This document shows, one piece after another, positions 22,733-34,412 of a DNA stretch of 35,929 nt. Source of the stretch: Guillardia theta CCMP2712 (lineage: Eukaryota; Protista; Cryptophyta); assembly GCF_000315625.1 (NCBI RefSeq), contig NW_005434538.1, positions 113,865-149,793 of the forward strand, read 5' to 3'. The stretch's first letter is position 1. Each line of letters begins with the position of its first letter. A program made the translations under genes and the position numbers. The notes beneath the pieces are model-generated. The model searched no databases and was not told the origin of the DNA. It was given only the letters and a program-made list of their open reading frames with translations.

Positions 22733-23962
22733 TCATTCGAGTTCCTCCTGCACCAGCGGCATTACTCTGTTGGTCATAACCGTGACTGGCTCGCTGATGA
22801 AGATCCGCTGGGGCTGGGCCCCTGCTGGCTCGTCCTCCGGCCCCGTCGCCTCCGCAGAGTTGGCCCATCCTAGCTCTGTTGCCTTGCCCTTGGCGGCGCT
22901 GCTGAACTTGAGCTGGGGATCTCAGTGTCAGTGAACAAGGCGGGGCAGGGGAGGGAGGGGAGGGGAGGGGAGGGGAGGGNNNNNNNNNNNNNNNNNNNNN
23001 NNNNNNNNNNNNNNNNNNNNNNNNNNNNNNNNNNNNNNNNNNNNNNNNNNNNNNNNNNNNNNNNNNNNNNNNNNNNNNNAGGGAGGGAGGGAGGGAGGGA
23101 GGGAGGGAGGGAGAAGGAGCATGGAGACGCGAAGCAGGAGGAGGGAGAGAAGCAGGTACCTTTGAGCCGCCGAAGAGAGAGGTGTCAACGATGAGCGACT
23201 CGCCATGCTCCGAGATGTCAAGGCCTCTGCTCTCGTCCTCGGGGGAGCATCGGATCCCGTACCCCATCAGCTTGTTCATGACCTGTGCCGTCGTCAGGTA
23301 CCGGTTATCATGGCAGTGAGGGGGGGGGAGGAAGAGGAGGAATAGGAGGAAGAGGAGGAAGAGGAGGGAGAGGAGGAAGGGGGAAGTTAGCTACCAGATC
23401 TAAGAGCTTGAGCATGACAAAAGTCATGACAGCACAGTAACTGGCGATAACGACAACTCCGTACAGCTGGATGTAGATCTGAGAGAGACAGAGGTCACCC
23501 TTCCCCGCTTCTTGTTCAGCTGTACTCCACCTGGGAAGGCTTCCCGTAGAAAGCGCCATTGATCGCTTCAGACTTGGTCACTTTCTTGTTGGCAAAGAGC
23601 CCCGTCAGGAGGCAGCCGACCACACCGCCGATCCCATGCATGCCGAACGCGTCGAGCGCGTCATCGTAGCCCTGCCATGCTGTCAGTAAGGGAGGAGCTG
23701 AGTCGAGGGGTAGGCGAGAGCAAGGGGAGCGGGGAGAGCAGTGAGAGCTGAAGAGAAGAGAAGGAAGAGGGCGAGCAGGTTCAGGAAGCTGTCTCATTCA
23801 CCAGGACATGCTTGAGTTGGATGCTGAAGAAGCACACGAGACCTCCAATGGCTCCGATGATGACAGCCCCGGTCTGATCGACGTACCCGCAGCTAGGCGT
23901 GATGGTGACGAGACCCGAGATGGAGCCGCTGGGGACACGGTGAATAAAGATGGGGAGTGGAA

Positions 23963-24053
<91 letters not shown>

Positions 24054-24081
24054 GTGATGATGGTGATGGTGATGGTGATGG

Positions 24082-24133
<52 letters not shown>

Positions 24134-24220
24134 GGTGATGGTGATGGGGAAACCTGACGATTCCGACCACGGTAGTGGTGGTGATGATGGTGATGGTGAT
24201 GGTGATGATGGTGATGATGG

Positions 24221-24270
<50 letters not shown>

Positions 24271-25208
24271 GGATGATGACAGCTCTGTGGAAACCTGACN
24301 NNNNNNNNNNNNNNNNNNNNNNNNNNNNNNNNNNNNNNNNNNNNNNNNNNNNNNNNNNNNNNNNNNNNNNNNNNNNNNNNNNNNNNNNNNNNNNNNNNNC
24401 GCCAGGTCCCCATGCCCAGTGCGCGACGGGACAGTAGACGAGGAGATGCCACATGGCGATAAAGATGAGCATGGCGCTGTAGCGCATCCTCTCAGCGAAG
24501 GAACCGCAGATGATGGCGGCGCTGCCGTGAGGGTCAGTCATACTCTGCTGCTCGCTCCGAGCGGAACCTGATGACGGCAAAGGTCATCTGATACACCATG
24601 TACAGCTTCTCCGCGTCCTCTCCCACGTTGTGCCCGTCAACATGTGCCAGCCAAAAGTTGGTCGTGTTGCCCATGAACGCGTTCCCCTTAGCAGTCACCG
24701 CCATCAGCTCCACACGCCTTACACGCCTCCACACGCATCTTCACCTCGCTGAAGGCGATAGAGAATCCCATCGCAAACCAGAGGAAGCTCACGATGCACA
24801 TGATGGAGAAACTCTGCATCACAGTCGACAGGACGTTGGGGGCCTGCCATCTCCTCACTGTCTGCCTAACGATATGTCCACCTGCTCCCACTTGTGCCAA
24901 TCCACCGTAGAACATCGCGAGGCCGGGAACGGTCATCATGACTACCAGGATCGTAGCCACTGCGTCAGCATCAGTTGCTCCTTCGTCCCACAAAGCACAG
25001 AAGGGCATTTATTTCGCACTTAGCATCCACGCTGTATCGCCATGCGACGCTGTCTAGTGCATGCCTCGTCAGGACACAAGAGTGAGGGCCATGCTTGGAG
25101 AGCTCTTACCTCCTGCAGTGTCGATATGGCCGAGGCCTGCGCCGTCTTGAAGAGAGGCATGGAGTCAGCAGGGCTGGTGGCAACCAGCAAGGCAGGACAA
25201 CGACTCAT
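22733..25208 (-). CDS. amt: Ammonium transporter, AmtB/Mep (AMT2-like) type; middle exons hidden by an N gap; termini approximate
   Basis: Spliced segments give HGDTAWML, MTVPGLAMFYGGL, NVLSTVMQSF, YQMTFAVI, AIICGSFAERMRY, LVYCPVAHWAWGPG, GSISGLVTITPSCGYV, YDDALDAFGMHGIGG and EDESRGLDISEHGE. Confidence 0.95.
23962..24269. repeat. Long (GAT/GGT)n microsatellite in an ammonium-transporter intron
   Basis: About 300 bp of gat/ggt triplets adjacent to an N gap. Confidence 0.95.
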
Positions 25209-26534
25209 ACGTTCTGGACGGTGTAAGTGTCGATTTCATCTTGTTGCTGCCTGACTAGATCCTGGGATCGAACCCGTTAGTTCTCTCCTCTCACTCCACT
25301 CACACTCGAGATTACATTAGTTTGGTTCAGGGCTAGTGACAAGGTCGCCAATTGCTTCTTAATAGCCTGTAGCAAACTCTCCTCAAAGGCTGGGCACCAG
25401 CTCTCAAGGCAAGCGCACCTGCAGTTGCTGCTCAAGGCTAGCTGTGGACATGCTACCGAAGCGTTTCTATCCCGGAGAGGATTGCGAGATGGAGAGGGCG
25501 AACCTGAAAGGACAAAAGTGAGCTCACAGTACTCAACTGACATTTGATATTCAGAACGGCTGATCTGTTCATGTCTGTCGATATCCATTACACTGCATCC
25601 CACTTCCACCTCTACTTTTGTTTCTGCCCCTCCTTGTCACGCAAGAGTGGATTTCCTCGCAACAGCATCCTCTCTGAATGTTTCCATTTCGTTTTCCTTG
25701 CCCTCTCTTCTCTCATGATCTATCTCCTGTATTGTTCCTCCTTTGTTTGTCCCTTGTTTCTTCTCTTTGTATGCTTTCTTTCCTCCGCTGTACCAACAAA
25801 GATCCTTTCCGATGTAGTTCTCATATCTCCCTTCTATCCCCCCTCCTACATCTCTCCCCCTTCTCCTCTCTCTTATCTTCTCCTCTCTCATCTTCTCTCA
25901 TCCTCTCTCCCTCTTCTCCTACCCATCCTCCCTCCCCCATCACTGTCTCGCCCACTTCCTAACTTGCTCGCTTATCGCCCATTCGTTGGTCACTACGCTC
26001 CTGGTTCTATCTCTCGTCTTTTTTTTTGGTACAGGTAGGTGGGGGTGGTGGATAGAGGGTTCCGATGAGGTAGGGGTCATTGGGACGTAGCAACTGACAG
26101 GGTAGGTGTCGATACACTCGGAGGACGAGGGGGTGGTATGAGCATTCATGAGACAGCAATACGAATGAGGGGGTGATAAAAGGTCCTGGATAGGGGTAGA
26201 GAGCATGACATATGGGTGAAGGTGGTCATGTACCTGGGGGGGGTGCTATTTGCAGGGGTGGTCTAGATCAGTCGTAGGATGGGGAAGGATCTTGCAGGGA
26301 GGGGTAGTCGACCAGATCTTTAGAGCTCCAAGAGGAAACAAGAAGTGGGTAGGGGTAGTGACAGTGAGGGGAGGGGTGGTAGGTAGGGGTCCCAAGATTA
26401 AAATGGGGAAGGGTCGGTGGTAAATAATACGGGGGTAGTCAGAAGGGGAGGGTAGAGGTGAGATGAGAGTTGCATGACGCTGGACCATTTCGATCTTGAC
26501 AAAACAAGAAGAAATGAGGAGGTTGGGGGTAGGG

Positions 26535-26673
26535 GGGGGGGGGGGGGGGGGGGGAGTAGGTAGGTAGGTAGGTAGGGTAGGGTACGGGAACGGGTAAACG
26601 GGGTAAACGGGGTAACGGGTACGGGTACGGGGTACGGGGGTAACGGGGGTAAACGGGGGTAAACGGGGTAAAC
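26535..26673 (+). repeat. Poly-G run followed by degenerate (GGGGTAAAC/GGGTAC)n repeats at a gap edge
   Basis: ggggg...taggtaggtagggtagggtacgggaacgggtaaacggggtaaacggggtaacgggtacgggtacgggg... Confidence 0.85.
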
Positions 26674-27813
26674 NNNNNNNNNNNNNNNNNNNNNNNNNNN
26701 NNNNNNNNNNNNNNNNNNNNNNNNNNNNNNNNNNNNNNNNNNNNNNNNNNNNNNNNNNNNNNNNNNNNNNNNNTGGAGGAGATAGAGGGGTTTGAGCGAG
26801 GGAAACGGGTACATGCGGTGGGACAAGGGGGTACAGAGTCTGGTTAGGGCTGTAATGTTGGTGGGTAGTGGTCAGATCAGGTAGTGCCGAATGGATATGG
26901 AATTGAGACTCAGAGGTATGGGTAGGGTAGTCAAGATATCAAAAGACGGGTTAAAATGACCAGAGACGTCTATTTTTTGATAGGTGGGTAGTCGTCGGCT
27001 GAGCGGCTAATAATGGATTTACCCGCCGGACGTAACGCTATAATTGTTTTAAAATGCTCAGCAACAAGTCGACGTGCGGCCCTTTCGAAACTTGCGGGGG
27101 GCGTGGCGCCTGCTGCTCAGTGATCGGCCCAGTGACTGCGGCTGCCGCGGGGTCCGGGCCGGGCCCGGCCCGTGATCAGTGCCGCACCGTCACAGCGGCA
27201 CTGCGGCATGATCAGTCATTGAGCACTGGGCCCTGAGAGTCAGTAGCGGAGGCTTGACCCTGACACTGTCGCACAGGCCACACGGCGAGACTCTAAGAGA
27301 AAAGCCAGCGAGAACCACCGTGCCAGATTGACTCGGAAACCCCAGTGCCACGGTTTAGGATAGGGGACTCTGATGATCATTGGCCAGACGTCGGAACCGA
27401 TCCTTGCCGTGATTGAACTTCGGAACCGCGAGGCCGAGGGACCATCCGATGATCCAATGCTGTCACGGTTGTTTCCTTCAACTTTGCGGCGCCGAGCAGT
27501 CCGCCAGCCACCCTGGCACAGAAAGCGCACCGCGCCGTTTGTGAACTGCAGGAGGCCATGATGGCCATGATTGCAAATTTCTTTGCTCCTCCTTCAAGCG
27601 ATCAGACACCCGGAAGCCTGCCAGGCAAACTGTGGCACTGCCGGCGGCGGTCTATCGGTGGCCGCTGATTCGGTCAGAGTGCAAAGGCCCAACATGGCCT
27701 TGAACATGCAACTTAGTCCTTCATCACAGTCAACACTAATGATCTCCTAGCTTACACACATGTTTCGTCGTCATGGTTGATACAAGTGTATTCATATCTA
27801 TCTTACTGTACAC

Positions 27814-28290
27814 TCACGGGCGGCAACTGACTTCCTCGGGGCTTACTGCCCGTATGGCATCTAACTTGTCGTCCAGGCTTGCTCTCGGGAGCTTTGCCGA
27901 CGCGTGCTTGATATTCCCCAAGACCATGCTCCCGTCACTGACTACTTGTACTTTACTGCACATTTCTCGGTCGACCCGGGTAAACGCAGAGTGGCGGAGG
28001 AAGAAGCGTCGGGCAAGGAAGGCAGGTCTGTTCGAGTCGATGAGGATGCATTCGATCTTGATGATCGCACTACCCCCTGCCCTGAGCTCGCTGAAAGCAG
28101 GCTGCCTCCGCTCTCTCCTCTCCCCTCCTGCGTCATCCACACGCCGGCTCCCTCGCAATCCCTCTTCTTCCTTCCCCGCCGCTCCGTGCTCCACGTTCCT
28201 ACTCCGAGGATGCTGCTGAGTCCAGAGCTTGACGCAGAAGCCGACGATGGCGCATGTTCCATGGCCGCACTTGTTGTAGATAGAAGACAT
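27814..28290 (-). CDS. Hypothetical protein (158 aa), left copy of inverted pair
   Basis: cccaccATG start; MSSIYNKCGHGTCAIVGFCVKLW...DKLDAIRAVSPEEVSCRP*. No known domain recognised. Confidence 0.4.
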   Translation of the reverse strand: MSSIYNKCGHGTCAIVGFCVKLWTQQHPRSRNVEHGAAGKEEEGLRGSRRVDDAGGERRERRQPAFSELRAGGSAIIKIECILIDSNRPAFLARRFFLRHSAFTRVDREMCSKVQVVSDGSMVLGNIKHASAKLPRASLDDKLDAIRAVSPEEVSCRP

Positions 28291-29437
28291 GGTGGGGTAA
28301 GGGCAGGAGGAAGAAGAGAGGCACGAGATTCGAGGAGCAGATGAATAGAGGAAAGGATGCGGACGATTCTTGTGGTGGACAGAAGTAGTCGAAGAGCAGT
28401 GAACAGAGGTGCAAATGAATGGAGGAAAGGATGCGGATGGGACGTCGCGGACAGAGAGGTTGCGGGGAGATTGAAAGTAGGGGAATGTTCGGGAAGGGGT
28501 CAGTCGAAACCGAGTCATTTCAATTAACCCCTAGGATGGGATCGGACCCCACCCTCTCGTCGCAACACTACCCGATAGTAAAAGGAAGCAGGGGTAGGTA
28601 GTGGATTGAGTCGCAGATGCGACCCCAGTAATAAAACCCCAAGAGGTCAGCAGGGGTCACGCGGCAGTCATGGCCCGTGATGGTGGCGACTGAGACGGTG
28701 CATGATCGGACCCGGGCCCTCCGAGACACCGGGTGGGCCCGGGGGTACTAGAGGTTCAGCGGCAGTAGTTTCAAGTTAGGAGGGGTGCTCAACACTTTGA
28801 GTAACGATGAGGGGTCCGTATGGCCTGTGTGACTCCTCGTTCTGATTTAACTCAACTTTGAGTAAAACAGTTGATAGTGTGAAGGGCCTCAGTACTGATT
28901 TTTGACTTAACTTTGAGTAAAGGAAGGGCAGCATCCGACCATGTGACTGACACGGACTGTCAGTGTGACCGGCCGGCCCGGAGTAAACTTGTCGCAGGCG
29001 GAATCGGTCCGAGGCTGTAGTAAACCATGGATGAGGGGCCGCGTATCACAGAGGTCACAGAGACTCGTAATCTCGAGATTCCACATCAAGCGATGGGTCG
29101 CTGCTGCCATTACCCCACCCCCCTTCTACAATCTTCATTTAGGTCTTAGTAGGGGTACCTAGTTATCTCGAAGGAGTCACAACCACCTCAGGCCATGACT
29201 GTCCCATGACCCTCGCCGGGTGTTCCCCTCCCCGTCTTGCTCGTTCTCCTTGTTCTCCTTGTTCTCCTTGTTCTCCTCCACCTTCATCCTCCTCCTCTCA
29301 TCCTCCTCCTCATTCTCCCCGTCCAACCTGCCTTCCCCGTCCTCCCTGTCCTGTCCGTCTACCCCACCGTCCTCTCGTTCACCTTGACCATCCCTTGTTC
29401 CTCGTGCCTCCCTTCTTCCTCCTGCCCTTACCCCACC

Positions 29438-29827
29438 ATGTCTTCTATCTACAACAAGTGCGGCCATGGAACATGCGCCATCGTCGGCTTCTGCGTCAAG
29501 CTCTGGACTCAGCAGCATCCTCGGAGTAGGAACGTGGAGCACGGAGCGGCGGGGAAGGAAGAAGAGGGATTGCGAGGGAGCCGGCGTGTGGATGACGCAG
29601 GAGGGGAGAGGAGAGAGCGGAGGCAGCCTGCTTTCAGCGAGCTCAGGGCAGGAAGCTGCGGGGTCGACCGAGAAATGTGCAGTAAAGTACAGGTAGTCAG
29701 CGACGGGTGCATGGTCTTGGGGAATATCAAGCACGCGTCGGCAAAGCTCCCGAGAGCAAGCCTGGACGACAAGTTAGATGCCATACGGGCAGTAAGCCCC
29801 GAGTTGCCGCCCGTGAGTGTACAGTGA
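29438..29827 (+). CDS. Hypothetical protein (129 aa), right copy of inverted pair with in-frame deletion
   Basis: Same N-terminus as the left copy; 33 aa (GSAIIKIE...SAFTR) are replaced by SCG with the frame preserved. Confidence 0.35.
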   Translation: MSSIYNKCGHGTCAIVGFCVKLWTQQHPRSRNVEHGAAGKEEEGLRGSRRVDDAGGERRERRQPAFSELRAGSCGVDREMCSKVQVVSDGCMVLGNIKHASAKLPRASLDDKLDAIRAVSPELPPVSVQ

Positions 29828-30277
29828 GATAGATATGAATAACCATGAAGACGAAGCATGTGTGTAAGCTAGGAGATGATTTATGACCATGGTTAAAGAT
29901 GGAAATTTCGTCTTTCTCTGTGTCTCCCTGTGCCCCACCATCGCAGCACGTGAGAGATGGAGCAGGTACGAGAGATTCTTCGTGGCCTGTGACAGTCACT
30001 TGTCCCTTCCTTCTCAGGTCACAGGCACTTGTCCCTTCCTTCTCAGACCTTCCTGTCCTCCAACCCATCGAGAATTCACGGGAAATTCTTTCGATTCTGC
30101 CCGATCGTGCAAAATTCTTGCTGCCTCCTGCACCTCAACCTGTCCTGCATGCCGCATCTGAAACGATGTCCCATCGATTGCTCTTGCGAGTTTTTCATCT
30201 CCATCCCCTCCACAAAAGGACTATTTAGGTCTTTTTACTGCAAAATCCCATCATCTTCACACTCTAATCGTTCCAGC

Positions 30278-33021
30278 TCACTTGGCGGAGCCCTCAAGGC
30301 GAGCAAGACATCTCTTGATGATCTCGGGATCATCGCAGGCGTCGTAGTAGGAGCGCTGGAAGCAGAGGATGAGACAAAGAAGACAGAGGAGTGGGAGGAG
30401 CGAGGATGGGAAGAGAAGCGGAGCTGGTGAGCGAGAGGGCAAGAGAACTGAAGGAGGAGGATGGCTATAGGGAAGGGAGGAGATGGGGATGGGGCACAAG
30501 GAGACATTCTTACCATCTCCATGACATCATCGTAGGAGCCAGCGAGGAAGGGAACGCGCTGGTGAACCTTCTGGGGGACGAGATCCTGCGTGACAGTGAT
30601 CAGCCGACCATACCAAAGAGAAAAACAGAGGAATGTGTTTGATGACACATGAGGAGGGGATAAATAGGAAATAGAGGAGGAGGAGGTGGAAGAGGAGGAG
30701 GAAATAGAGGAGGAGGAGGAAGAAGAATACGAGAAGACGGAAACAAGGAAGAGGATGGGGAGGGCTTACCATGATGCGGGTCTTGCCGGTCAAGGAGAGA
30801 CCGCCAGCCTGCTCCATGAGGAAGGACATGGGGGCAGCCTCGTAGAGGAGGCGGAGCTTGCCATCCTTGTTCTGCAGCAAGGATCAGTGAGAGCTAGCAC
30901 AAGGTAGCAGAACCAAGGAAGAGGAGCAAGAGGCAGTGAGAGGAGGCAGGGGGAGAGTGAGGATTGAAGCAGGAAGAGCCGTGAGGACACGAACCTTCTT
31001 GTCGGCGGGGTATCCGAAGATTCCTCCGTAAAGGAGAGTGCGGTGGACGTCACCAACCTGAAACGTTCCCACAGTGTCAGCAACCTCAACGGAGAAGGCA
31101 GAGAAGGTGAGGAGCGAGTGGAGAGGAAGTGGGGTGGGAGGAAAGAAGGAGTATGAGAGGGAGACCATGGATCCGATGTAGCGGGAGGAGTACTTGGCCT
31201 TGGTCTGTCCCTGGCCAGTCTGGATGGCAGTGACGTAATCCTGCGGGACACGGTAAGTGAGGGAAACAACGAGGAGGAGAGAGGAAGGAGAAGAAGTGAG
31301 AGCAGGTGAAGTGGAGTGCAGAGGGGAGGAGCGGAGGACGGGAGGTAAGAGAGCGAGCAGCGCGTCCTAGAGCAGACCTGGAGGGGCTTGTCCCAGTCCC
31401 ATCGGTTGGCCTCGTTCATCGAGTAGATCTTGCCGCGCTTGGGGAGCTGAATGTTGGGGTGGGTGAGGACGAACTCGCCGATGGAGCGATCGTAGGTGAA
31501 GCCTACTGTGCGTCAGCTGCCTCCTCTTCCCCTCTGCCATCCTCACCGTTGACTCCAGCTCCGATGGTGAAGACGAACATGCAGGAGGAGGAGTAGAGGC
31601 AGTAGCCGGAGGCCACGAGCGCATCACCCTGTTGCAATATGAGGACGCTGAACGTTGGAGGTAGTGGTGAGGGAGAAGGAGAGGAGGGAGGAGAATGAGA
31701 ATATAATCACCGGCTGGAGGGTGTTCAAGAGGCAGGAGCCCTCAACGCTGTCATCTGCTTTCGTCTCAGTCGCCTCGCAATCTCTCGCCTCCTCTGCCCT
31801 CACCATTGACCATGCAGTTCTCCATGCTCTCGGCCTCCTCGTAGACGCCGAAGATGGTGCCGGTGGGGATGTTGGCATCGACGTTGGAGGAGCCGTCGAG
31901 GGGATCGAACACGGTGACGTACTTGCTGCCGATGTCGACGGTGACGTCCTGGTACTTGCCCTCACCTCCCGGGACTTTGTAGGCATCCTTGTTGAACACG
32001 GGGACATCCTCCTCCTCGGAAGCGATGATGCCAACCTTGCCGGTGAAGCGCAGGGCGCGCTTGAGCACGTCGTTGGTGACGACATCGAGCTTCTTCTGCT
32101 CCTCTCCCTGGACGTTGATCGATCCTCCTCCGTTAGCATACCCGACCTGCGATGCCCATGTCAGTCTATCGAAGCTAGCGCGAGCTTCTCTCCCACCATT
32201 CCGGTGATGGTGGCGCGGTCAACCAAGCTGGAGATGGTCTTGCAAGCCTGAAACAAGCAGGGATGAGAATGAGCCTTGCAAGAGAGCGAGCGAGGAGGAG
32301 GGCGTGGGGTGGAGCGGGTGGAGGCAGCGGACAGAAGAAGGTGTGGAGGAAACTGATGGGAGCATCGAACCTGCTGGATGCCGCTGATGAGAGACTCGAG
32401 ATCGCGGAGCTCGGGGTTGGCGCGGGAAACCTCCATCATGTAGCGCGTGAGGGTGATGCCAGTCTGCTCGCAGACCTCGTCGAAGACGGGAGCGCGAACA
32501 GTCCTCTCCTTGATGTTTGCCATCATGACCGGGGAGGCGCGAGGGACTCTGACGGCAGCAGAGCGAGACTGCGACAGACGGAGGGGCCTGGGGAGAAAGT
32601 TAAGTTCAGAGACAAGGAGGATTATCAATAAGAGGAGCAGCAGAGGAGACGACACGGAGCACAAGAACAAAAACAAAGGCGAAGGCTCATGAAACGCAGG
32701 GGGTCGCAGGAGTGAGCATAGACAGCTACGAGCAGAGAAAGCCGTCAGAGACTTCTTGCTGTGAAGGGATAGAGTAGATATCAGGAGCTCAACGCAACAG
32801 CAGGCAGCTCATTCTTGCAACCCAATGCAGGGGGCCACTCTTGTTACAACCATTGCCCCACCATTCCTGGCTAGCAGCATGGCAAAGAGGGTAACGGATG
32901 AGGGAGGAGGAGGGAAGTGCATGAGCGCGACGTTTCTGTACCTCCTGGAGAGAGAGACAGGGGAAGGAGCCATGAACGCCGACGCGCATGTGGCGGCGAC
33001 AGCGAGGAGAACTGCGCGCAT
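30278..33021 (-). CDS. FBP: Plastid-targeted fructose-1,6-bisphosphatase class I (Calvin cycle)
   Basis: Leader [15 protein letters not shown]|FMAPSPV (signal peptide + ASAF + Ser/Arg-rich transit peptide). Spliced motifs: [98 protein letters not shown]. About 13 exons with GT-AG introns. Confidence 0.97.
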
Positions 33022-34412
33022 GATGGGGGTCGCGCTATTGGGAGCCTGAGGGTGGGGGTTATAAGCAGAATTGATGAGGGTGGTGAAGCCCGCATAATGG
33101 TACCATGAATAATTAGTCTAATAAATAATTGAGAAATTTAGTACTAGTATCAGTAAAAGTAGCTTAATAGATTGGGGGATGATATGGACCCCCTAGTTTC
33201 ATGTAGCACCGGCGTAGGTGAAACAAGTGGGGTAGCCTGTGCAAGTCGGGGTAGGGGTTGAAGGAAAGGAGGTGGGTAGTTTAGTACCAGGAAGGATTGA
33301 ATTAAACCGGTACTTTTCCATCAGAATGGGGGCTGAGGACAGAGAGGGGGTAGGGTAGTACCATGCTAGGAAGATCTCCGTGTTGGGTATATGAGCACTA
33401 AGACCAAGAAGCCAACATATGATGTCGGTGGGGTCGTATTGTTCCAAGGTGGGGTACTTGAAGGGTAAATATGGGGTACTGATCATAAATGTGGGTGAAC
33501 ATTTAGTACATCTCAAAGGGGTGGGGTAGTCAATTTTAAAAGTTGAATAATAGTTTTACCTCAACCCCTGCAATTGCCCCACCCCTACCCTCTCTATCCC
33601 TCTTTCTACACCACCCATCCACATCCACCCCTAATACCCCTTCCTCCCTATGATACCCACCCTATATCGTAAAAGTGTGTACCCCAACCACACCATCTCC
33701 TTCTTTTTACCCCCTCATATTCCCTTGACAACAAGACACGGTTACAAAGGTACCCCTACCCTCATTACCACCCACCTTCTTGTATTGATCTTATTACTAT
33801 CCACCCCACCTCGTTACACCACCCATCCCTCCTTACATCCACCCTACACCTCCCTGACCCTTGCGGTACCCCTGCATCCCCACCACCAGCCCTCAACATA
33901 CCCCCTTGTACCATCACAAGTTTTGTTACCCCAAAGTCAAGTACCCCCACCATACTTTTTCCCACTATATACCCCATGTTTATTGTTCATTACTCTGCTT
34001 TCTTCCCACCCCCACTCCCCTATCATTAGCTGTGTCGCGATGGGTCATAACTAGTCACTACCCCCACCCCCCCAAGTCAAGAGCCCCGAAATGTAGCTCA
34101 TCCCCCTCATCTTTACGTCATCCCCCTCATTCCCATCTTTTTCACTTATCAGTATTGATGTTCGGGCCTGCCTCAGTCTCTTCCGGCTGCTCGCTCGACC
34201 GCTCCTCCCTCCCTCCTTCCTTCCCCCCCCCTTCCCCCCCTCCCTCCTCCCTCTTTCCTTCTCCTTCATGACCCCCCCTTCCTGAGAGCTCTCGGTGTTA
34301 CAAGACGTCAGGGCCCTTGCCCCCACTCCCTGCCTTCGCTTTCTTCTCTTAAACTCTCCTCCTCGCTTCTGCCGCCCATAATCAGCCCGTCCATGGACTA
34401 ACGTTGAGTGAG

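Larger units (their letters stand above)
27742..29877. repeat. Large inverted duplication: arms 27742-28327 and 29401-29877 around a ~1.07-kb spacer
   Basis: The arms are near-identical reverse complements. The right arm lacks a net ~90 bp internally and has small indels near its outer end. Confidence 0.95.

Noticed and set aside
23781-24452. Poly-His, poly-Met and poly-Asp ORFs
   Set aside because: A (GAT)n microsatellite inside an ammonium-transporter intron, spanning an N gap.
26535-26673. Telomere or interstitial telomeric array
   Set aside because: The units are irregular (GGGGTAAAC/GGGTAC) and do not form a consistent known telomere repeat; ordinary sequence continues after the gap.
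25544-26826. Hydrophobic and Pro-rich ORFs upstream of the ammonium transporter
   Set aside because: Products of pyrimidine- or G-skewed intergenic sequence, without recognisable motifs or consistent splice structure.
33650-34271. Pro/His/Thr-rich plus-strand ORFs
   Set aside because: Explained by the C-rich strand skew of the intergenic region.
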